From NCBI GenBank assembly GCA_963851365.1, contig CAWKPA010000006.1, forward strand, positions 49,353 through 113,352: a DNA stretch of 64,000 bases. The letters run 5' to 3'. The first letter of the stretch is position 1; the number at the start of each line of letters is the position of its first letter. The notes beneath the pieces are model-generated. The model was not told the origin of the DNA and ran no database searches. It worked only from the letters and a program-made list of their open reading frames with translations. A program made the translations under genes and the position numbers. The stretch comes from an uncultured delta proteobacterium (GTDB taxonomy: Bacteria > Desulfobacterota > Binatia > DP-6). Shown here one piece after another: positions 57,329 through 64,000 of the stretch.

Positions 57329-58870
57329 TCACGTCTGCAATTCGAGGTCGCCCGGTTGCCAGGTCTGGTCGAACCAGGGTTCCAGCGGCCCATACAGCCG
57401 CAGAATGAGGTTGTACCCCTTGCCCGGCATCGTCTGCACCCAGTTCGACTCGTTGCCCGCCGGCGCCTTCGGCCCGAACCAGATGGTCGCGCCGCCGTCC
57501 GCGTTCTTCTTCAGTCCGGGAACGTTGCTGTCCGTCCCAGCCGACTTCTGATCGGTCGGAAGCAGCGAGCGCGTCTGGTTGTCGTAGACCGTGAAGGCCC
57601 AGAAGTCCGTCGCGGGAATCGGCCCGGGCAACGTCACCGTATAGGTGCGACCGCCGTCGAGGTAGTTCCCGGCCGCATCGCGAAAGGCCAGCGCATAGGC
57701 CGAACCGGTGCCCGGCTTCGCTTCGCTCATGGCGGGCGTGATGCCGGTGGCGAGGTAGAAGAACATCGCCTCGGCGTCGAGCAGTCGCTCCGCACCCGAG
57801 AGGAACTGGTAGCTGCCCCCGACGAACGGCGTGAGCCATTGCCGGTCCTTGAATATCCGGGTGCTGGGATCGCGCGACGCGAATGCGTTCGAGCGAGCGT
57901 AGGCATTGCCCACCGCCACCGCTTCCGTCAACGTCTTCTTCAGCCGCGCGTCCGGCGCGAACGGCTGCCCCTTGCGGATTCCGATGGCTGCGTACAGGCC
58001 CACGGTGTCCGGGTCCACCCAGTCGGCGGGCTCGTTCTGCACCACGGCATTCAGCTCCTCGTAGAAGCTGAAATCGTTGGCGCTGATGGTGTTGAACTTG
58101 ACGCCCGAGAGGTCGACGAAATTCGTCGCCGGGGGCTCGGCAGCCTGGGACAACGGGAACACCCCGGCGTTCGCCTTGACACTGGCAGTCGCGGCGGCGA
58201 GATCGCCCTTCTCGACGAACACACGATAGAAGATCAGCAGTCGGTTGGTGCGCGGCTTCGCGACGTTGAAGCCCTTCTCCGGCAGCGTTCCCTGGTAACC
58301 CGGGGGCACGAAGAGATAGGCCCCGCCCGCGCCCTTGTCGGGCCCCGTCAGTCCCACGTCGGTGACCCAGCGGAAGTCGGCGTCGTCCACGGGGCCGAGT
58401 ACGCGCGGCGGCACCCGCACAACCATCGGCCCGTCCTTCAGATCGACGCACATGAGGACATAGACGGTGGTGGTGTTGGGCGTCAGGAACAGCGAGCGGG
58501 CGTCCATCAGCTGCTCGGTGATGCCGATGCCGCCGTTCGGCCTGACACCCGCCGCTTCCAGGCCGCGACAGATCGCGTACACCGAGGTGGCCGACATGCC
58601 CTTGACGAACACGTCGATGCCGCGATTGAAATCGATCTGGTCGTAGGCCAGCTGGACCGTCGCCGGATCGGGCGCGCCGTCCTTGAAGCGCAGCGTGCCG
58701 ATGCGCGTCTCGACCGTGTCGGGCGTCGTGATCTTCGCCGGTACGTCAGGCGCGTACTTCGGCGAAGCGACGGGCGCACCACCGGGCGTTTGCGCATCGC
58801 TTGCAGCCGCGGTGATCACGATCGCCGCGGCGCACATCACGCAGAGCAGTCGTCGCCGATGTGATCTCAT
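57329..58870 (-). CDS. secreted DUF1254/DUF1214-domain protein
   Basis: 513 aa with a signal peptide and the paired DUF1254 / DUF1214 architecture. Confidence 0.7.
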   Translation of the reverse strand: MRSHRRRLLCVMCAAAIVITAAASDAQTPGGAPVASPKYAPDVPAKITTPDTVETRIGTLRFKDGAPDPATVQLAYDQIDFNRGIDVFVKGMSATSVYAICRGLEAAGVRPNGGIGITEQLMDARSLFLTPNTTTVYVLMCVDLKDGPMVVRVPPRVLGPVDDADFRWVTDVGLTGPDKGAGGAYLFVPPGYQGTLPEKGFNVAKPRTNRLLIFYRVFVEKGDLAAATASVKANAGVFPLSQAAEPPATNFVDLSGVKFNTISANDFSFYEELNAVVQNEPADWVDPDTVGLYAAIGIRKGQPFAPDARLKKTLTEAVAVGNAYARSNAFASRDPSTRIFKDRQWLTPFVGGSYQFLSGAERLLDAEAMFFYLATGITPAMSEAKPGTGSAYALAFRDAAGNYLDGGRTYTVTLPGPIPATDFWAFTVYDNQTRSLLPTDQKSAGTDSNVPGLKKNADGGATIWFGPKAPAGNESNWVQTMPGKGYNLILRLYGPLEPWFDQTWQPGDLELQT

Positions 58871-58948
58871 CCTGCGCTTCCTTCCTTCGCTGGCTCATGG
58901 ACGCTTCCTGGGTGGGTGCGAGTGCTTGGACTTCCACATCCTGGGCGT

Positions 58949-59635
58949 TCACGTGGATTTGCCCTGCGCCACCAACACCGCGGCGAGTTCGCGGGGCTGG
59001 AAGGTGAAGACCGCATGTTCGGAGGCGATCTCGACCGGTGCCACGCCGAGACGCGCCGCCATCTCGCGCTGTTTCGCGGGCGGTATGATCTTGTCCTCCG
59101 TGCAGAGCACATAGGTGCGGGCCACGTCGGGAAGCAACCGGCTGGGCCAGGGCTGTTCCAACGCTGCCCAGCCCTGGGGACGCTGCGTGGCTCTGAGGAA
59201 GGCAAGATACGCCTCCCGCTCTTCCGGTGGCGCCAGCGAGGCCAGCATCTCCAGGTCAAACGACCGGCAGCCGTTGCCGTCGTCACGTGAGACCGACAGC
59301 ATCGTCTCGCGAACATCGGCGCCAACGACATCTGCGATCGAGCGCCCCGGCTCGGGAACGACCGCCGTCACATAGACCAGACGGTCGACGGGAGTCCGAC
59401 CGGGCACGAGCGAGATCGTCGCGCCGCCCGCCGAATGGCCGACCACCACGACCGGCCCTTCGATCCCGACCATCGCCTCGACCACCGTCCTGGCGTAATC
59501 GTCGAGTGTCGCCGCCGGGTCCGTGCACGGCAGGTCGACCGCGATGGCACGGTGACCGTGCGCCTCGAGCAAGGGAATCACCGGCGCCAGTTCGGCGGGG
59601 CTGCCGAACGCACCGTGGACGAGAACGAAGGTCGC
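58949..59635 (-). CDS. alpha/beta-hydrolase (esterase) family protein
   Basis: Nucleophile elbow GHSAGG and HGAFG oxyanion region; about 228 aa. Confidence 0.8.
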   Translation of the reverse strand, partial: ATFVLVHGAFGSPAELAPVIPLLEAHGHRAIAVDLPCTDPAATLDDYARTVVEAMVGIEGPVVVVGHSAGGATISLVPGRTPVDRLVYVTAVVPEPGRSIADVVGADVRETMLSVSRDDGNGCRSFDLEMLASLAPPEEREAYLAFLRATQRPQGWAALEQPWPSRLLPDVARTYVLCTEDKIIPPAKQREMAARLGVAPVEIASEHAVFTFQPRELAAVLVAQGKST

Positions 59636-59752
59636 CATCTCGATCACCTCTGCGAACAGGGGCTTAGCATCAGTGTGGTGACAGGCATGTGTCCTCGATC
59701 ACCGACACCCGTTTTCCGCTCGTCATGCCTACCGCCTTCCGATGGGCGTCCG

Positions 59753-59886
59753 CCCAACGGACTTGGCGCTCAACTGAGTGGCACAGGCCGCCGACGGTCG
59801 CTGAGGCACCCATGTTGAATGCCAGAAGGCCATCAGGGTCGATCGGAACGCGCCGTGCCACGTCAGCTGCAGCGCCTTGTTGGGCT
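59753..59886. repeat. attC-like integron recombination site (3' of methyltransferase cassette)
   Basis: Bounded by GCCCAAC (59753-59759) and GTTGGGC (59880-59886). The internal arms TTGGCGCTCAACTGAGTGGCAC and GTGCCACGTCAGCTGCAGCGCCTT form a long imperfect hairpin. Total length 134 bp. Confidence 0.6.
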
Positions 59887-59923
59887 GCATGCGCGGCCCT
59901 GAGCCGAGATTGGGAAGGCACGG

Positions 59924-60736
59924 CTACGACTTCGTTCCCGCCACGATGTGTGCTGGCGATTGGAACTCGACTGTTCCGGCGGCCGTGACATAACGGCTCA
60001 GCGCGTGCTCGGCTTCCTCGAGGATCTGCTGAATCTGCTCCTCTGGCAGGACAACTCCCATCACGGGTAGCCACCCGCGAAGATCTGCTTCCACCATTGT
60101 GCGGACGCTCGGGAAACGCGCTGTTCCGTAATGGGTTGTGATGTCGACGGACTCGACGCCAGCGCTCCGGAAGAGCCCGTCAAGTTCCGTGGGATCGCCG
60201 AGCACGAACGGGGCGCGAAGGGCTTCGGCCGCCTCCGAGCCTGCAACTCGCTCGAGGAGGTCCACCTCGATCGGGTACGCCTCGGACCTTTCGAGGGATT
60301 CCCAAACGGCCACGGCTATCCGACCTCCCGGGACGAGCACTCGTGTCATCTCGCGAAGCGCTGCACTTCGATCCGTGAAGAACATCAAGCCGAACTGGCT
60401 GACGACTGCGTTGAAGGAGCATTCGTCGTAGGGGAGGGATTCTGCAACACCTTCCTGCCATCGGACACCAGGTTCGAGGCGTTCGGCTACTACGAGCATC
60501 CCGGGATTCGGATCGACGCCAGCCACGAATCCCTGCGACCCCACACGCGACGCAGCCTCCCGCGCGAGAACCCCCGTCCCGCACGCCACGTCGAGCACGC
60601 GGTCGCCGGCGCGAACCTGCGCGACGTCCACGACACGCAGGGCCCATTGCTCGAATAGGGCTGGTACGTGGAGCTCCTCGTAGGCTGACGCTGCTGCGAT
60701 TCCCTCTTCGAACGCAGAACTCACGGCGTTCTCCAT
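59924..60736 (-). CDS. class I SAM-dependent methyltransferase (UbiE/COQ5-like); integron cassette ORF
   Basis: SAM-binding motifs VLDVACGTG and LVPGGRIAV. The ATG lies 3 nt after a GTTGGGC core on the coding strand. Confidence 0.8.
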   Translation of the reverse strand: MENAVSSAFEEGIAAASAYEELHVPALFEQWALRVVDVAQVRAGDRVLDVACGTGVLAREAASRVGSQGFVAGVDPNPGMLVVAERLEPGVRWQEGVAESLPYDECSFNAVVSQFGLMFFTDRSAALREMTRVLVPGGRIAVAVWESLERSEAYPIEVDLLERVAGSEAAEALRAPFVLGDPTELDGLFRSAGVESVDITTHYGTARFPSVRTMVEADLRGWLPVMGVVLPEEQIQQILEEAEHALSRYVTAAGTVEFQSPAHIVAGTKS

Positions 60737-60739
60737 GCC

Positions 60740-60803
60740 GCCCAACGTTCCGGTTCAGCGGCGGGCCGCGCAGCGGACCGTCCGCTGCAACCGGTTGTTA
60801 TGT
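60740..60803. repeat. attC-like integron recombination site
   Basis: GCCCAAC (60740-60746) to GTTATGT (60797-60803), 64 bp. Internal perfect palindrome GCAGCGGAC-g-GTCCGCTGC. About 85% identical to the site at 63715-63777. Confidence 0.6.
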
Positions 60804-60823
60804 GATTCGCTCGGTACGGTCCG

Positions 60824-62117
60824 GGGACATAGGTAACACTTCAGTCCGGAGACATGGGTGACACTTTGAGGGCAGTGGAGGCACCGCAGGAGGTGCCTCA
60901 TGCCCTGGAGGGAGACGACACCCATGCATCAACGCACCCTGTTCATAGCTGATCATCTGCGCGGCGCCCGCTCGGTGACGGAGCTCTGCGCCGAGTACGG
61001 CATCTCCCGCAAGACGGCCTACAAGTGGATCGATCGCTACATCCGGCGCGGGCCACTGGGCCTCGAGGATCGCTCCCGCCGGCCCCGCGGTACCCCTACC
61101 GCAACGCCCGCCCCGATCGTTGACGCGCTGATCGCGCTGCGCCAACGGCATCCGACCTGGGGCCCGAAGAAACTGGTGGCCTACCTGCACCGCCGTCACC
61201 CCACGTGGTCGCTGCCGGGCCGCTCGGCTACCGCCGCGCTGCTCAAGCGCCGCGGGTTGATCCGCCGCCGCACCCCACGACGCGTGATCGGCCATCCCGG
61301 CAAGCCCAACGCGTTGATCGTGGCACCGAACCAGGTCTGGTGCGCGGACTTCAAGGGCCAGTTTCGGATGGGCAACGGGCGGTACTGCTATCCGCTCACC
61401 GTGACCGATGGCTTCAGCCGCTACCTCCTCGGCTGCCACGGCCTGGCGAGCACCGCCGTCCAGGGCGCCAAGCCCGTCTTCACGCGGCTGTTTCAGGAGT
61501 ACGGGCTGCCGCAGTACATCCGCAGCGACAACGGCGTCCCGTTCGCCACCAATACCCTGGCGCGGCTCTCGCGACTGTCGGCGTGGTGGGTGCGGCTCGG
61601 CATCCTCCCCCAGCTCATCGAACCCGGGCGACCGCAGCAGAACGGGCGGCACGAGCGCATGCACCGGACGCTGAAGCAGGAAGCCACCCGGCCCCCGGCC
61701 GCCGCGATGCCCTCGCAGCAACAGCGGTTCGATCGCTTCCGCCGCGAGTTCAACGAGGAGCGCCCTCATGAAGCCCTGGACCAGCAGACGCCCGCGGCCG
61801 TGTATCAGCCATCGCCCCGGCCAATGCCGAGCAAGCTGCCTCCGCTCGAGTATCCCGATCGCTTCGAAGTCCGCTACGTCAGCGCCAACGGGGGCATCCG
61901 CTGGAACAAGGCCTGGGTGAACGTGTCCACAACCTGCATCGGCGAGTACGTCGGCCTCGACGAGATCGACGACGGGATCTGGAACGTGTACTTCGGGCGC
62001 TTGCGACTCGGCCGCCTCTTGGAACGATCGATGAAGATCGAGGACGCCTATGGGAGACTCTATCGGCACCGGCGACTGTTACCCATGTCCTCGGACTAAT
62101 CTGTCACCCATGTCCTC
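60824..62117 (+). mobile_element. IS481-family insertion sequence
   Basis: About 1.29 kb. The left end has tandem GACATAGGTAACAC / GACATGGGTGACAC. The right end has the inverted copies CTGTTACCCATGTCC / CTGTCACCCATGTCC. It encodes one DDE transposase. Confidence 0.8.
60900..62099 (+). CDS. IS481-family DDE transposase
   Basis: 399 aa with an N-terminal HTH (SRKTAYKWIDRY) and an integrase-core DDE domain (CADFKG ... RSDNG ... QQNGRHER). Confidence 0.85.
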   Translation: MPWRETTPMHQRTLFIADHLRGARSVTELCAEYGISRKTAYKWIDRYIRRGPLGLEDRSRRPRGTPTATPAPIVDALIALRQRHPTWGPKKLVAYLHRRHPTWSLPGRSATAALLKRRGLIRRRTPRRVIGHPGKPNALIVAPNQVWCADFKGQFRMGNGRYCYPLTVTDGFSRYLLGCHGLASTAVQGAKPVFTRLFQEYGLPQYIRSDNGVPFATNTLARLSRLSAWWVRLGILPQLIEPGRPQQNGRHERMHRTLKQEATRPPAAAMPSQQQRFDRFRREFNEERPHEALDQQTPAAVYQPSPRPMPSKLPPLEYPDRFEVRYVSANGGIRWNKAWVNVSTTCIGEYVGLDEIDDGIWNVYFGRLRLGRLLERSMKIEDAYGRLYRHRRLLPMSSD

Positions 62118-62123
62118 ACCCGC

Positions 62124-62619
<496 letters not shown>

Positions 62620-62647
62620 TCACCGCCTCCAACACCCCGAGGTCTCC

Positions 62648-62755
62648 GCCTAACGCCCTGGCGGCTCAGCGGCCGCCGGAGTCGAAGCTAGCACGCCTTG
62701 CGCCGCGGCGGTCAATGCAGTACCGACCGAGGGCCGCTGTAGCCGCGAGTTCGAC
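62648..62755. repeat. attC-like integron recombination site
   Basis: GCCTAAC (62648-62654) to GTTCGAC (62749-62755), 108 bp. The coding strand ends in the canonical GTTAGGC; the arms are complementary. Confidence 0.55.
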
Positions 62756-62762
62756 GTGCCGA

Positions 62763-63083
62763 TCATGACGTGAGTCCTGGCACAACCTCTGACCAGATTC
62801 GCTCCGCTACAGCTTGATACTTCTCGGGTGGGCCGGCGGTCGCGGCGTCGAACCACCCGACGAACTCCTCATGCACTACGCGTCTGACGTCGTGCACGGA
62901 GCGGCAGTCGCGGAGTCGCGGCAGGATCGTGCCTGCCTCCGGCTCGTACTCGTCGGTATTGTCCTCGAACTTGACCCCGACGGGGTCCTCACTGAACAGA
63001 ATGCTGCTAAGGCGCTCGTAAGCAATTTCGTACTGGTGCCTCAGTTGATCGCGCCGCTTCCGAACATCGTCGCTTGCGCTCAC
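62763..63083 (-). CDS. hypothetical protein; integron cassette ORF
   Basis: 106 aa (..SILFSEDPVGVKFEDNTDEYEPEAGTILPRL..) with a GTG start; bracketed by attC-like sites. Confidence 0.5.
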   Translation of the reverse strand: MSASDDVRKRRDQLRHQYEIAYERLSSILFSEDPVGVKFEDNTDEYEPEAGTILPRLRDCRSVHDVRRVVHEEFVGWFDAATAGPPEKYQAVAERIWSEVVPGLTS

Positions 63084-63098
63084 TCGGAGTCCTCGTCC

Positions 63099-63212
63099 GT
63101 CGAACGATGGCCGCTAAGCCGCGGCCGCGCGTGAGGCTACCACGACGCGTGTCGAGCACAGCTGCTCGCGTGGCTGATGCCCGCGGCCGTCAGCTTCAGC
63201 GGCTTGTTGGGC
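63099..63212. repeat. attC-like integron recombination site
   Basis: GTCGAAC (63099-63105) to GTTGGGC (63206-63212), 114 bp. The AAGCCGC / GCGGCTT and GGCCGCG arms pair. The 3' end resembles the site at 59753-59886. Confidence 0.55.
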
Positions 63213-63231
63213 GGCATGCCTGGGGAGGACG

Positions 63232-63672
63232 TCAGCTCGCGGAGTTCCAGATGTCGCGATGAAGCTTCCACTGTTCACCCTCTCGCTTCCAGACCACTAC
63301 GTAGCGACCCTCCGTGACCTTTCCGTCCTTGGCAACGAGCCGGACGATTCCGGTCTCGCACGCAAGATCGCCCGACGATTCAACCTGGGCCGTCTGCAGA
63401 GTGAGATCCTTGACCCCCGTGCTGATGGTGGCTTGCCAAGCGGCCGCGATGGCTGCGCGGCCGGATGCGATGGGTGCGCCTGGAGCGATGACTTGTGCGT
63501 CTTCTGTGTAGAGTTCAGCGACCGCGCGAGCGTCGCCGCGAAGGAACGCAGCGATGAATGCGCGGTTTCCGGATTCAACTGCTTCGCGAACTGAATCAGC
63601 ATAGGCAGAGTGACTGAACAGCATGCACACGGCGGCGAGCCACCCTGCCAGGAGTCTCGTTAATCTCGTCAT
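63232..63672 (-). CDS. secreted SnoaL-like/NTF2-like (DUF4440-type) protein; integron cassette ORF
   Basis: Signal peptide ending SAYA. The SnoaL-like sequence is DAQVIAPGAPIASGRAAIAAAW ... RYVVVWKREGEQWKL. An AGGAAAGGAG Shine-Dalgarno precedes the ATG. Confidence 0.65.
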   Translation of the reverse strand: MTRLTRLLAGWLAAVCMLFSHSAYADSVREAVESGNRAFIAAFLRGDARAVAELYTEDAQVIAPGAPIASGRAAIAAAWQATISTGVKDLTLQTAQVESSGDLACETGIVRLVAKDGKVTEGRYVVVWKREGEQWKLHRDIWNSAS

Positions 63673-63714
63673 TTCTTGTCTCCTTTCCTCGAACGAGAAG
63701 GCGATGGCGATGGC

Positions 63715-63777
63715 GCCCAACGACCTGGCGGTTCAGCGGCGGCGCGCAGCGCCGTCCGCTGCAAGCGCGGGTTATGC
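63715..63777. repeat. attC-like integron recombination site
   Basis: GCCCAAC (63715-63721) to GTTATGC (63771-63777), 63 bp. On the coding strand it reads GCATAAC ... GTTGGGC, with nested stems GCAGCGG/CCGCTGA and CGGCGC/GCGCCG. It overlaps the stop codon of the upstream ORF. Confidence 0.6.
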
Positions 63778-64000
63778 GGCCTCGATCTCCTTGAGTGTTG
63801 TCCCCTTCGCGTTCTTCCACGCGATGAGACCGTTCGCATGCCCCCCGTGAACAACTGATGCCGCCGCGCTCGGACTCGCGAACTCGACATCGCGAATGAA
63901 TACAAGAGCACCCGCCTCTTCGACAAGCAATCCGTCGTTCCGTAGTTGATCACGCGCCTGTCGCGGAATCGGGTACTTCTCAGTCGAGGGGCGTTCTCGT
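63772..64000 (-). CDS. hypothetical protein, 3' part (5' end beyond window)
   Basis: The minus-strand frame ends ...KYPIPRQARDQLRNDGLLVEEAGALVFIRDVEFASPSAAASVVHGGHANGLIAWKNAKGTTLKEIEAA* with protein-like composition. It is not in the supplied ORF track because no start lies in the window. Confidence 0.4.
   Translation of the reverse strand, partial: RERPSTEKYPIPRQARDQLRNDGLLVEEAGALVFIRDVEFASPSAAASVVHGGHANGLIAWKNAKGTTLKEIEAA

Overview
The window is about 70% GC and comes from a diderm (Gram-negative) bacterium; I cannot place the lineage by eye. Nearly the whole window is coding on both strands.

Left block: the end of groES, then groEL, an rho-independent terminator, and the conserved ffh-rpsP-KH-rimM-trmD-X-rplS operon. 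A bactofilin gene follows. Next comes a minus-strand operon of two orphan OppD/OppF-type ABC ATPases, a LolB-like lipoprotein and a TPR lipoprotein. After that are moaB-moaD-moaE, miaB and a GTP-dependent PEP carboxykinase.

Middle block: a ketopantoate-reductase::JAMM fusion sits with a DHOD-like gene. A long co-directional minus-strand lipid-metabolism cluster follows: a HemD-like::SnoaL-like fusion, a single-chain BC-BCCP-CT long-chain acyl-CoA carboxylase, a hypothetical protein, two tiny proteins, a hotdog dehydratase pair, a PlsC-type acyltransferase and a small ORF. Then an acyl-CoA dehydrogenase-like gene and a sulfatase-like gene. Then an Mla/Pqi-type MCE lipid-transport operon (STAS::MlaE, MlaF, MCE, PqiC-like lipoprotein).

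Right block: mscS, ppk2, cfa, a DMT transporter, an IMPase, a secreted thaumatin-like protein, an MFS transporter, an SDR, bacterioferritin, a split rdgC, a GNAT, an AGXT-class aminotransferase, a DUF1254/DUF1214 protein and an alpha/beta hydrolase.

The most notable structure is the right end (about 59.7-64.0 kb). Five attC-like sites with canonical integron cores (GCCCAAC/GCCTAAC ... GTTGGGC/GTTAGGC) and long imperfect hairpins alternate with single minus-strand cassette ORFs: a methyltransferase, brnT/brnA, a hypothetical, a secreted SnoaL-like protein and a partial ORF. An IS481-family element is inserted in the array. No intI is in the window; it is expected beyond 64 kb if present.

Other anomalies:
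- ppk2 is bracketed by 51-bp imperfect direct repeats derived from the mscS 3' end.
- A 5' fragment of a cfa paralog lies upstream of the sulfatase-like gene.
- trmD, pckG and the PqiC-like gene each carry an apparent single-base frameshift in a G/C homopolymer-rich context, which points to assembly indel errors rather than decay.

No rRNA, tRNA or CRISPR array was recognised.
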